Program-made: the position numbers and the translations under genes
Part shown: positions 29,176-38,760 of the stretch, piece by piece
Numbering within the stretch: the stretch's first letter is position 1
Layout of the letters: every line of letters starts with the position of its first letter
Assembly: GCA_021734255.1 (NCBI GenBank)
Contig: JAIPJM010000001.1
Location: forward strand, 105,434-169,433
Reading direction: 5' to 3'
Length of the DNA stretch: 64,000 nt
Origin: Fidelibacterota bacterium
GTDB taxonomy: Bacteria; Fidelibacterota; UBA8477; JABMPR01
Notes under the pieces: generated by a model
The model's input: the letters and a program-made list of their open reading frames with translations, nothing else
Database searches by the model: none
Told to the model about the DNA's origin: nothing

Positions 29176-29766
29176 ATGAAGCATTTGGCGCCCATTCTTG
29201 CTGTTTTGATCCTCCTTGGTGGATGTGAGCTGTTTGCTCCAAGAGAAGCAGAACCACCTCTGGATACAACGGATCCTTATGCCTGGATACCACCAACCGC
29301 CCCAGAGATCGTTCTGGACAATCTGAAAAATTCATTTCCCGCTGGAAAAACGAACTATTTTCTGGATGTGCTAAAACATGACCAGGGTCTCACCCCGGAT
29401 TTTGTTTTTGTTCCCGACGCCGGCATTGCCAGTTCTCAGCCAGGCGTCTTTAATTCATGGGGCTATGTGGAAGAAGAAACTTTCATCACCAAACTCTTTG
29501 AGAGTCTACAAACTGGCGGATTTCAACGATTAATCTGGGATGTGGAACAGATCTCGCCCCTTGGAGACACCTATGAGATCATTGCAGACTATCATCTTGT
29601 GTTGAGTTACAGCGATGGGGCTACGCAATTACCGGCTCAACTGGGAGGGCAGGCCACCCTAACGATCATTCAGAATAACGACCTCCTGTACGAAATCTCC
29701 CGCTGGGAAGACCTGAACGCTGATACACTATCCTGCTGGACAGAACTCAAGGCCCAGGTCCAGTGA
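29176..29766 (+). CDS. hypothetical lipoprotein
   Basis: Lipobox LLGGC; similar to the downstream gene. Confidence 0.75.
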   Translation: MKHLAPILAVLILLGGCELFAPREAEPPLDTTDPYAWIPPTAPEIVLDNLKNSFPAGKTNYFLDVLKHDQGLTPDFVFVPDAGIASSQPGVFNSWGYVEEETFITKLFESLQTGGFQRLIWDVEQISPLGDTYEIIADYHLVLSYSDGATQLPAQLGGQATLTIIQNNDLLYEISRWEDLNADTLSCWTELKAQVQ

Positions 29767-30287
29767 TCGTCAAGTCCGGAGTGAGGCACTATGTGACGGG
29801 CATAATACTGCTTCTGTTTATCACCGGCTGCTGGAATCCATTTGCACCAACTCAAGGTGAGTTGGAAACAGGCACCCTCCTTACCCTGACCGAACAACGA
29901 TCTCCTGACGAGGTCCTCCAGAATTTCCGATATGCCTATATCTATAGAGACAGTATTGTCTACAGTGAGCTGTTTGACACCAGTTTTGTCTTTATTTACT
30001 ACGATCCAGATGTCGGAGGCTCCGGCGGGTATAATTACTGGGGTCGAGATACGGAGTTAAGGACCACCGGACGCTTATTCCGGGCGTTCGATCATTTCAC
30101 ACTGGTCTGGAACGCAACGATCAGTCAGGATACATCCCAAAACGGTATTATCAGCCAGACCAAGACCTTCGATCTATCCATTGGTGGGGATATCTTTCTG
30201 TCTGGCAACGCCATCTTTGAATTCAAAAAAGATTCTACGGCGAGTATCTGGCGCATCATCCGCTGGCAGGACGAATCCTTCTTTTAG
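29763..30287 (+). CDS. hypothetical lipoprotein (paralogue of the upstream gene)
   Basis: Lipobox FITGC-WNPFAP; SPDEVLQNF...WG...WRIIRWQD; GTGA overlap. Confidence 0.75.
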   Translation: MIVKSGVRHYVTGIILLLFITGCWNPFAPTQGELETGTLLTLTEQRSPDEVLQNFRYAYIYRDSIVYSELFDTSFVFIYYDPDVGGSGGYNYWGRDTELRTTGRLFRAFDHFTLVWNATISQDTSQNGIISQTKTFDLSIGGDIFLSGNAIFEFKKDSTASIWRIIRWQDESFF

Positions 30288-30313
30288 GTTTTGCCGCGTC
30301 AGGTGTATTGCGT

Positions 30314-30341
30314 TTGACATCCATATGACCCACAATAAATT
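30314..30341 (+). promoter_or_regulatory. putative sigma70 promoter of queD operon
   Basis: TTGACA-16 nt-TAAATT upstream of RBS GAGGA and ATG 30366. Confidence 0.55.
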
Positions 30342-30365
30342 CGCAGACAATAAGCGAGGACCACA

Positions 30366-30776
30366 ATGATCATTCTGAATAAAGTCTTTTACTTCAATGC
30401 TGCACACCAATATGGGAACTCTTCCATGTCTGAGGCTGAGAACCTGGCCGCTTTTGGAAAAGATGTGCGCGTCCATGGACACAATTACGAGCTGACGGTG
30501 TCTGTTACCGGCGAGGTAAACCCGGAGACAGGGTTTATTGCTGACCTGGGTCACCTAAAAGATGTGGTAAACACCCGGGTTGTTGACATCGTTGATCATA
30601 GCCTGATTGAAAAAGACATCCCCTGGTTCGAAGGGAAGCAGCCGTCAACCGAAAATATGGTGGTATGGATCTGGGATTCGATCGAAAAACACCTGGAAAC
30701 ATGCACCCTGCACCGCATCCGGCTACAGGAAACCCCAACGATCTATACGGATTATTACGGTCCAAACGCCAAATAG
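30366..30776 (+). CDS. queD: 6-carboxytetrahydropterin synthase / PTPS (COG0720) family, atypical DxxxHGH motif
   Basis: FNAAH, HGHNY, PSTEN, LQETP; next to folE and a queuosine precursor transporter. Confidence 0.85.
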   Translation: MIILNKVFYFNAAHQYGNSSMSEAENLAAFGKDVRVHGHNYELTVSVTGEVNPETGFIADLGHLKDVVNTRVVDIVDHSLIEKDIPWFEGKQPSTENMVVWIWDSIEKHLETCTLHRIRLQETPTIYTDYYGPNAK

Positions 30777-30824
30777 TCAACGGGTCCAACAATGAGCGTG
30801 TGAAATCACCACAGGGATGGATAT

Positions 30825-31631
30825 ATGAAATTTAATGACGATCCAGGTCCAGAGCTGATCAAACGTCGAGAACGGGTATTTCTGATCCTGGCCGGTCTGT
30901 TCCTGGGAACGCTGGCCATGTTGAATATCCTGGGGATCAGCCGATTCATCAAATTGTTCACGATGAATTTTGATGGCTACGGAGAGGTTGTCTTCGCCGT
31001 GGCTGTCGGTGTGCTGCCCTACCCCCTGACCTTCCTGGCCACAGACCTGATCAGCGAACTTTATGGAAGAACCCGGGCCAATTTTGTGGTTTTTGTAGGC
31101 CTTATTTTGAATCTCTGGGTCATCTTCATCCTCTGGCTGGGTGGGATCATGCCAGGCTTTGAAGAGATAAGTGCCTCCGGGGAGTTGGTTCGGGATGCTG
31201 CTGGACGCCTACCGGTCTTTTTTGAGGTTCGAGCGCTTACATTTGGAGCGGTCGCCGCCTCCATGATCGCTTACCTGGCGGCCCAGTTTGTTGATGTGTA
31301 TATGTTCCACTTCTGGAAGAATCTGACCAAAGGAAAGCACCTGTGGCTCAGGAATAATGGCTCGACCCTGGTCAGTCAGTTAGTGGATACCACAGCTGTT
31401 ATTCTGATCACGCACTATTACGCCCATGCCCTGCCGATTCATGACAATAAACCCATATTCGATCAACTCATGATTTTCATACTGTCGGGTTACACGTTTA
31501 AATTGTTGGCTGCTCTGGTGGATACTGGACCCTTTTATCTCAGTGTACATTATCTTTCCCGATATTTGCAGATCGATCCACAGGCAGATCACGAAGGCGA
31601 TAAATTATCCAAGCATCGGAGTCATGAATGA
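30825..31631 (+). CDS. queuosine precursor transporter (YhhQ/Vut_1 family)
   Basis: [46 protein letters not shown]. Confidence 0.92.
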   Translation: MKFNDDPGPELIKRRERVFLILAGLFLGTLAMLNILGISRFIKLFTMNFDGYGEVVFAVAVGVLPYPLTFLATDLISELYGRTRANFVVFVGLILNLWVIFILWLGGIMPGFEEISASGELVRDAAGRLPVFFEVRALTFGAVAASMIAYLAAQFVDVYMFHFWKNLTKGKHLWLRNNGSTLVSQLVDTTAVILITHYYAHALPIHDNKPIFDQLMIFILSGYTFKLLAALVDTGPFYLSVHYLSRYLQIDPQADHEGDKLSKHRSHE

Positions 31632-32197
31632 AAGACATAACAAAAATGGAAAACCTGACACGCGAGCTCTTGCTGGAGATCGGTGAAGACCCTGACCGGG
31701 AAGGATTATTAAAAACACCACACCGGGTAGCCAAGGCCTGGCGATTTATTGCCAAAGGCTATGAGCAGGAGCTAAGCGATGTACTGAATGACGCCATCTT
31801 TGAAGACAAGTGCTCAGAAATGGTCGTTGTCAGGGATATCGAGTTCTTCAGCATGTGTGAACACCACATGCTGCCCTTTTTTGGAAAAGCTCATGTCGCC
31901 TATATCCCAAGAGGCAAAGTGATCGGTCTTTCCAAGATCCCCCGAATATTGGAGATGTATTCAAGACGGCTGCAGATCCAGGAGCGGATTACCCACCAGG
32001 TGGCTGAAGCACTGGAAAGCCTGTTGGATCCAGCCGGCGTGGCCGTTGTTCTGGAGGGGCGTCATCTCTGTATGCAGATGCGGGGAGTTGAAAAACAGAA
32101 TTCTTTTGCCACCACATCAGCCATGCTGGGTGAATTTCATGATGCAGCTGAAACCAGAGCGGAGTTCTTGAGTATAATCGGTCTAAGGAACTTGTAA
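31628..32197 (+). CDS. folE: GTP cyclohydrolase I
   Basis: [50 protein letters not shown]. Confidence 0.97.
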   Translation: MKDITKMENLTRELLLEIGEDPDREGLLKTPHRVAKAWRFIAKGYEQELSDVLNDAIFEDKCSEMVVVRDIEFFSMCEHHMLPFFGKAHVAYIPRGKVIGLSKIPRILEMYSRRLQIQERITHQVAEALESLLDPAGVAVVLEGRHLCMQMRGVEKQNSFATTSAMLGEFHDAAETRAEFLSIIGLRNL

Positions 32198-32241
32198 AAC
32201 GGCCCTGGCCGCTGATATCAAAGCGCACACAGAGAGAAAAT

Positions 32242-33663
32242 ATGTCTGACAATCTAAAAAAACTATTCAGTGATCATTTTGATGAGCAGGTCACATCATT
32301 CGAACCGCTGGCTGCTCACGGGTCTAACCGACAGTATTCCAGAATTAAAAGCGACAAGCGGTCCGTGATTGGTGTGACCAACGCTGACAGGCTTGAGAAT
32401 GAGGCCTTCATCGATTTTTCCAGACATTTCAGAAAGAAAGGGCTGGCGGTTCCAGAGATCTATGCTGAGGACCTGGACGATAACGTCTATCTGGAAGAAG
32501 ATCTGGGTGATGAGACGCTTTTTGATTATCTGCAGACAGTCAGGGGGGGTAAAAAAGAGTTTCCAGATGAGTTGCTGGCTGTTTATGAGCAGGTCGTAGA
32601 TCGTCTCCCCGAGTTCCAGATAAAAGGGGGTGAAGGACTGGATTACAGTAAATCCTATCCCCACCACAGTTTTGATCGACAGTCCATGATGTGGGACCTG
32701 AATTATTTCAAATACTATTTTTTGAAGCTGGCTCATGTCCAGTTCAACGAGCAGAAGCTGGAGGCTGATTTTAAGACCTTCATCGACTTTTTGCTCTCAG
32801 CCGATAGTGATCATTTTCTCTATCGTGATTTCCAGTCTCGTAATGTCATGCTTAAAGATGGAAAACCCTGGTTCATTGACTACCAGGGGGGTCGCAGAGG
32901 CGCGCTCCAGTACGATATTGCCTCTCTTTTATTTGACGCCAAAGCAGATCTTCCTTTTGAGGTGAGAGAAAAGCTTTTGGACAGGTATCTGTCGGCAGCT
33001 GAAAAACTTATCCCCATTGACCGGGAGGCCTTTACCAAGCATTATTATGCCTTCGTTTACATCCGGATCATGCAAGCCATGGGTGCCTATGGTTATCGCG
33101 GTTTTTATGAGAGGAAAACCCATTTTCTTCAGAGTATTCCCTATGCGATCCAGAACCTGGAATACCTGGTTCAGAAGGTGGATCTCCCTGTTGAGCTGCC
33201 TGCTATGATGGATGTATTTCAGCAGCTGATCCGCTCATCGGCTCTCCGTGAATTCGGGAAGGCGAACCTGCGTCTCAAAGTCCGGATCGTCAGTTTCTCC
33301 TACAAGCATGGTGTTCCGGTAGACAATAGGGGCCATGGTGGTGGTTTTGTCTTTGATTGCCGTTTTCTCCCCAATCCGGGCCGAGATATTGTCTATAAAC
33401 AGTTGACGGGCAATGATCCAGAGGTCATTGAGTGGTTTGCAGACAAACCAGATATGGACCGCTGGTTAAAGCGGGTGTATAATATGGTAGATGCAGCCGT
33501 GAACAGCTACCAGGAGCAGAATTTTACCGACCTGATGGTGTCATTTGGATGCACGGGTGGTCAGCACCGTTCCGTACATTCTGCAAATCGACTGGCGGCA
33601 CACCTGCAGGAGACCCATGATGTTGATGTGGTCCTGAGTCATAGAGAGCTCGATGAAGCTTAA
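32242..33663 (+). CDS. aminoglycoside-phosphotransferase-fold kinase (AmgK-like) fused to a RapZ C-terminal domain
   Basis: GSNRQYSR, EDLGD, YRDFQSRNVM, IDYQG; C-terminal SFSYKHGVP..FVFDCRFLPNP...FGCTGGQHRSV. Confidence 0.88.
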   Translation: MSDNLKKLFSDHFDEQVTSFEPLAAHGSNRQYSRIKSDKRSVIGVTNADRLENEAFIDFSRHFRKKGLAVPEIYAEDLDDNVYLEEDLGDETLFDYLQTVRGGKKEFPDELLAVYEQVVDRLPEFQIKGGEGLDYSKSYPHHSFDRQSMMWDLNYFKYYFLKLAHVQFNEQKLEADFKTFIDFLLSADSDHFLYRDFQSRNVMLKDGKPWFIDYQGGRRGALQYDIASLLFDAKADLPFEVREKLLDRYLSAAEKLIPIDREAFTKHYYAFVYIRIMQAMGAYGYRGFYERKTHFLQSIPYAIQNLEYLVQKVDLPVELPAMMDVFQQLIRSSALREFGKANLRLKVRIVSFSYKHGVPVDNRGHGGGFVFDCRFLPNPGRDIVYKQLTGNDPEVIEWFADKPDMDRWLKRVYNMVDAAVNSYQEQNFTDLMVSFGCTGGQHRSVHSANRLAAHLQETHDVDVVLSHRELDEA

Positions 33664-33687
33664 GGTTTTGCAGGGCACCGGCAAACG

Positions 33688-34410
33688 ATGAAAGCCATGC
33701 TTTTTGCCGCAGGCAGGGGAACAAGGCTGCAGCCTTTGACGAACAACACACCGAAATGCCTGGTAAAGGCCGGGGATCGCACCCTTCTTGAACATAACAT
33801 CCAGTATCTGAAAAACGCAGGTGTTGACACCGTTGTTGTGAATGTTCACCACTTGGCGGACCAGGTCATCGCGTATGTTGAAAGCCAAAGCTTTGGAGTA
33901 GAGATCCACACCTCCCATGAAAGAGACCTTTTGGAGACGGGAGGCGGCCTGCTGAAAGCGCGGCATCATTTTGAGGATGAGGATGATTTTGTGGTCTGTA
34001 ACAGTGATATCTATACAGATTTTGATTTAAGGGTTCTGCTGGGCACACACAGGGCGGAAAACAACTTAGCCACCCTGGTGGTTGCCCAGCGGGAAACAAG
34101 CCGTTATCTTCGATTTGACGATCATTCCTTGCTGTGCGGCTGGGAGAATAGGATATCTGGAGAGAGCATTTCCTGGTCCAGCGTTCACTATACCACCAAA
34201 GCTTTTAATGGTCTGCAGGTTATGTCGCCCGGTATTTTTGATTATATGGACGGAAGAGAGCAGGCGTTCTCGACCATACCGGTTTATCTGGATGCCGCGG
34301 AACAGGGGGAAAGGATTCAAGCCTTTCCTATGGGTGATGCCTTCTGGATGGATATAGGTACGCCTGAAAAGCTTGACGCCCTGAACGAACACCTGTATCA
34401 CAATAAATAA
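33688..34410 (+). CDS. nucleotidyltransferase (MurU-like)
   Basis: MKAMLFAAGRGTRLQPLT..PKCL, LETGGG, WMDIGTPE. Confidence 0.9.
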   Translation: MKAMLFAAGRGTRLQPLTNNTPKCLVKAGDRTLLEHNIQYLKNAGVDTVVVNVHHLADQVIAYVESQSFGVEIHTSHERDLLETGGGLLKARHHFEDEDDFVVCNSDIYTDFDLRVLLGTHRAENNLATLVVAQRETSRYLRFDDHSLLCGWENRISGESISWSSVHYTTKAFNGLQVMSPGIFDYMDGREQAFSTIPVYLDAAEQGERIQAFPMGDAFWMDIGTPEKLDALNEHLYHNK

Positions 34411-34427
34411 ACGGCAAAGGAAAACCC

Positions 34428-35813
34428 ATGTCTACTGATCAGTATGATGTTGCAATTATTGGTGGTGGCCCCGGCGGATATGTTGCCGCCATCCGGTCTG
34501 CCCAGCTTGGGCACAGAACGGTCATTATCGAAAAATCGGCACTTGGTGGTGTTTGTTTGAACTGGGGCTGTATTCCAACCAAAGCCCTTCTGAAAAGCGC
34601 TGAGGTATTCCGTTCTATCCAAAAGGCTAAAAAGTATGGCGTGACGGCGCCAGAGGTCAGCGTGGACTTCCCTGCCGTGATCAAGCGCTCCCGCCAGGCG
34701 GCTGAATCACTCTCGAAAGGCGTTTCATTTCTAATGAAGAAGAATGGTGTTGATGTTGTGGATGGGAAGGCGACCCTGCTTGGCGATGGTAAAATACTGG
34801 TAAATGATGAAGAAATGATGGCTACTAACATCATTCTGGCCACAGGAGCAAGAGCCCGGCCACTGCCCCACACCCCTTTTGATGGCAAGACTGTCATCTC
34901 AGCCAAAGAAGCGATGATCCTGGAAGCGGCTCCCGAAGAACTGGTCATCGTAGGTGCCGGAGCCATAGGTGTTGAGTTTGCTGACTTTTATGCAGCCATG
35001 GGGTCAAAGGTAACGCTCGTAGAAATGTTGCCCCACATACTTCCAGTTGAGGACGAAGAGGTGTCTAATGAGCTGGAAAAACTATTCAAGCGCAGGCGCA
35101 TCAAAAGCTTGACCTCGAGCACAGTTGAAAAGATCGAGGTAAACAAAGGGCGGGCAGTCGTCCATGTTAAAGGGGCTGACGATGCAATGCAGGAGCTCTC
35201 AGCTGACAAAGTGCTGGTAGCCATTGGTGTCCAGGGAAATGTTGAGGACCTGGGTCTGGACACCGCCTCCGTTGAACTGGAGAAAGGCTGGATCAATACA
35301 AATGAATACATGCAGACCAGTGCCGCTGGTGTCTATGCCATTGGTGATGTTGCTGGCCCACCGTGGTTGGCTCATGTTGCCTCCCACGAAGGCATTACTG
35401 CTGTTGAGCATCTGTCAGGCCTGGATGTGAACCCCATGCATTATGACAATGTACCGGGATGCACCTACTGTTCCCCCCAGGTCGCTTCTATCGGGTTGAC
35501 GGAAAAAGCAGCCCGGGAAGCTGGCCATGAGATCAAGGTTGGAAAGTTCCCCTACAAAGCGTCAGGAAAAGCCATGGCATCTGGCGAAACGGATGGATTC
35601 ACCAAGCTTATTTTTGATGCAAAGTATGGTGAACTGCTCGGCGCACATATCATCGGGGCTGAGGCAACAGAGTTGATCGCAGAGGTCGGTCTTGCCCGCT
35701 CACTCGAAGCAACACACGAGTCAATATTTGATACGATTCATGCCCACCCCACACTCTCTGAAATGATCATGGAGGCAGCAGCTCTTGCTCTGGATAAGGG
35801 AATTCATGTCTAG
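34428..35813 (+). CDS. lpdA: dihydrolipoamide dehydrogenase
   Basis: GGGPGGYVAA, GGVCLNWGCIPTK, GAGAIG, HAHPTLSE. Confidence 0.97.
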   Translation: MSTDQYDVAIIGGGPGGYVAAIRSAQLGHRTVIIEKSALGGVCLNWGCIPTKALLKSAEVFRSIQKAKKYGVTAPEVSVDFPAVIKRSRQAAESLSKGVSFLMKKNGVDVVDGKATLLGDGKILVNDEEMMATNIILATGARARPLPHTPFDGKTVISAKEAMILEAAPEELVIVGAGAIGVEFADFYAAMGSKVTLVEMLPHILPVEDEEVSNELEKLFKRRRIKSLTSSTVEKIEVNKGRAVVHVKGADDAMQELSADKVLVAIGVQGNVEDLGLDTASVELEKGWINTNEYMQTSAAGVYAIGDVAGPPWLAHVASHEGITAVEHLSGLDVNPMHYDNVPGCTYCSPQVASIGLTEKAAREAGHEIKVGKFPYKASGKAMASGETDGFTKLIFDAKYGELLGAHIIGAEATELIAEVGLARSLEATHESIFDTIHAHPTLSEMIMEAAALALDKGIHV

Positions 35814-36016
35814 AGTTTTTCCAGAAAAGCGCTTCCCAAAATACCGGGATAAAGCAAAATAATTATGGCTAAAAAAGCGGAAAGCCCTTTAAGTAAAGAC
35901 TTTTGTTATTCCCAAAATATTGGGATACATGCAGATTTCAATTATCCTTGCCCGATAAAAAGTGGATCGGTGCACACGGAGATCGGCGGGTGTGTCGTCA
36001 GGGTGTGTACCCGCAG

Positions 36017-36658
36017 ATGAAAAATTTAACAGTCATTCGGATGGGGTTGGTGCCTTATGAAGAGGCCTGGAATTTCCAGCGCGATATGCACGCAAAAAGG
36101 TTAGCGGGTGAAATTAATGACACCCTCATTCTGTTAGAACACCCCCCTGTTTATACCCTGGGAAAAAATGCTGGTGATGAAAATTTAATTGATCCCGGCG
36201 ACGCTGAAGTGATACAAAGCGACCGGGGTGGCGATATCACCTGGCATGGTCCTGGACAGCTCGTGGGGTATCCCATTTTTAACCTGGAAGACCATCAGAA
36301 AAGTGTGAGTTGGTATATGCGAAGTCTGGAGGATACGATCATCAAAACCCTGCAGAAATTCGCTATCGACAGCGAGCGGATCAGAGGCTTGACCGGTGTA
36401 TGGGTGGGAGATAAAAAAGTGTGTGCCATGGGGGTGCGATTGTCTCGCTGGGTTACCATGCATGGATTTGCCTTGAATGTGAGACCGAAGATGTCATATT
36501 TCAATGGCATGATACCCTGCGGAATCCAGGGAAAAGGGGTGACAAGCCTGAAGGAATTACTGAACAAAGATATTGAGATATCAGCAGTGACACCCTTTTT
36601 GATAGACGCATTTAGCAGCATATTCGGGTTTGACCAGATCGAAGAGAGAGCGGATTGA
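36017..36658 (+). CDS. lipB: lipoyl(octanoyl) transferase
   Basis: LEHPPVYTLG, DRGGDITWHGPGQLVGYP, TMHGFALN, IPCG; ATG 36017 preferred over 35903. Confidence 0.95.
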   Translation: MKNLTVIRMGLVPYEEAWNFQRDMHAKRLAGEINDTLILLEHPPVYTLGKNAGDENLIDPGDAEVIQSDRGGDITWHGPGQLVGYPIFNLEDHQKSVSWYMRSLEDTIIKTLQKFAIDSERIRGLTGVWVGDKKVCAMGVRLSRWVTMHGFALNVRPKMSYFNGMIPCGIQGKGVTSLKELLNKDIEISAVTPFLIDAFSSIFGFDQIEERAD

Positions 36659-38667
36659 GTAAAAATTACAAGGGCTATAGCAAAAAACACCTGATGAAGA
36701 TCTTTAGGCTCATGGCCACGTCCAGAAGAATGGATGAAAAGATGCTGACTTTGCTCCGGCAGGGTAAATCCTTCTTTCATATTGGCGCAGCTGGCCACGA
36801 GGGGGCCCAACTGGCCTGTGCCTTGAACATCAAACCGGGTTATGACTGGGCCTATCCCTATTACCGTGACCAGGCCATGGTGCTGGGTCTGGGAGCCAGT
36901 ATAGACGACCTTTTCCTGGGGTTTCTGGCGAAACAGGATGATCCCAGTTCAGGTGGACGCCAAATGCCCCAGCATTTCGGTCACAAAGAACTGAATATTG
37001 TCTCTCAATCCAGCCCCACAGGTACCCAATATCTTCAAGCGGTAGGAACAGCCATGGCCCTCAAAAGAGAGGGAAAAGATGCGCTTGTTTATGTCTCCTC
37101 CGGTGAAGGGACAACCAGCCAGGGTGAGTTTCACGAAGCTTTGAACTGGGCTAGCCGTGAACAACTACCGGTCCTGTTCCATATCGAGGATAATGGCTAT
37201 GCCATATCAGTACCCAAGGCAGAGCAGATGGCCATGGGATCCGTTTTTGACATGGTTGGCGGTTATCACAACTTGAACAGGCTTGAGACAGACGGTACCA
37301 ACCTGTTTTCTTCCCAGAGAACCTTCCGTAAGGCTGTAACAAGTATTCGCCGAGGTGATGGACCGGCGCTGGTGGTATCCAATGTGGTTCGTCTCATGCC
37401 CCACTCCTCTTCAGATGATCACAGAAAGTATCGAGATACCGCTGATCTGGCCAATGACCTGAAAAGAGACCCCATCGAAAATTTCAGAAAGATCTGTGAA
37501 GATGATGGGATCATTACCGCAGAAGAGTTCCAGGCCGTCTGGGATGAGGTCGTTCAAGAGGTGGATGATTCAGCCGATAGAACCCAGAAAGCAGCTTACC
37601 CTTCGAAAGCTGATGCCATTACCCATGTGGTAAACGAAGACACCTCACATGTGAAAGCAGGACCCATTGAGCCCCTTGGTGAAGCGATCGTTATTGTCGA
37701 TGCGATCAATCATGCCCTGTATGAAGAAATGGAGCATAACGAAAAGATGCTCATTTATGGCCAGGATGTGGCTGATGGGAAAGGTGGGGTCTTCACCGCA
37801 ACCAAAGGATTATCAACGGCGTTTACTGGCAGGGTCTTCAGTTCACCCCTGGCAGAGGCTTCCATCATTGGTACAGCTGTTGGTGCTGCTGTCGCTGGTC
37901 TGAAGCCGGTCGTGGAGATTCAATTTGGAGACTATATCTGGACAGGCATGATGCAGATCCGAAATGAGGTTGCTACCATGCGCTACCGCAGCAATAATGC
38001 ATTTTCTGCCGGTATTGTCATGCGCGTGCCGGTGGGCGGATATATTCACGGAGGGCTCTGCCACAGCCAGAGCATTGAAGGTTTTTTCATGCACCTGCCG
38101 GGGATTCACATTGCTTATCCTTCCAACGCAGCAGATGCCAAGGGTTTGTTGAAATATGCGTGTAGAATCGATGATCCCGTTCTCTTTTTGGAGCACAAAG
38201 GGATGTATCGCCAGGGGTTCGCAAAAAGACCGGAGCCCAGTTCCGATTACCTGCTCCCCTTCGGCCAGGCAGCCGTGGTCCGGGAAGGTCAGGACCTGAG
38301 TATCATCACCTATGGGATGATGGTGTACAAAGCCATTGAAGCGGCAAAGAAATTGGAAAAAACACACGGCGCGTCCGTTGAGGTGGTGGATCTACGGACT
38401 CTGTCTCCCCTGGACAAGAAAACCGTAGGGGCATCCATTCAAAAATGTAACAAAGCCATGGTGGTTTATGAGGACACCTTGACAGCCGGCCCGGGAGCTG
38501 AGGTGGCGGCTATCATATCAGAAGAATTCTTTGAATACTTGGATGGTCCAGTATTGAGGGTGGCTGCCAAGGATAGTCCGATTCCTTTCAACTGGGATCT
38601 TGAGGATGAAGTGCTGCCCCAAACAGAAGATATTTACGATAAAGCCACACGCTTGTTGGGCTTTTGA
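36655..38667 (+). CDS. 2-oxoacid dehydrogenase E1, fused alpha/beta (probably branched-chain)
   Basis: GHE, PYYRD, GEGTTSQGEFHE..N TPP motif, HSSSDD; beta part EIQFGDY, HSQS, EHK. Confidence 0.93.
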   Translation: MSKNYKGYSKKHLMKIFRLMATSRRMDEKMLTLLRQGKSFFHIGAAGHEGAQLACALNIKPGYDWAYPYYRDQAMVLGLGASIDDLFLGFLAKQDDPSSGGRQMPQHFGHKELNIVSQSSPTGTQYLQAVGTAMALKREGKDALVYVSSGEGTTSQGEFHEALNWASREQLPVLFHIEDNGYAISVPKAEQMAMGSVFDMVGGYHNLNRLETDGTNLFSSQRTFRKAVTSIRRGDGPALVVSNVVRLMPHSSSDDHRKYRDTADLANDLKRDPIENFRKICEDDGIITAEEFQAVWDEVVQEVDDSADRTQKAAYPSKADAITHVVNEDTSHVKAGPIEPLGEAIVIVDAINHALYEEMEHNEKMLIYGQDVADGKGGVFTATKGLSTAFTGRVFSSPLAEASIIGTAVGAAVAGLKPVVEIQFGDYIWTGMMQIRNEVATMRYRSNNAFSAGIVMRVPVGGYIHGGLCHSQSIEGFFMHLPGIHIAYPSNAADAKGLLKYACRIDDPVLFLEHKGMYRQGFAKRPEPSSDYLLPFGQAAVVREGQDLSIITYGMMVYKAIEAAKKLEKTHGASVEVVDLRTLSPLDKKTVGASIQKCNKAMVVYEDTLTAGPGAEVAAIISEEFFEYLDGPVLRVAAKDSPIPFNWDLEDEVLPQTEDIYDKATRLLGF

Positions 38668-38760
38668 AATTGAACCGGACACTGAGGCTCTCGAAGTGCA
38701 GGTTTTGATACCGCCGGAATTTCGAGTCTTACGATCTCCGGCAAACGAAATGGTGATCTT

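Noticed and set aside
30288-30365. preQ1 riboswitch upstream of queD-yhhQ-folE
   Set aside because: The leader after the predicted promoter is very short and no preQ1 stem/A-rich pseudoknot pattern is visible
35903-36016. N-terminal extension of lipB
   Set aside because: No LipB similarity before MKNLTVIRMG and it overlaps the palindromic boxes
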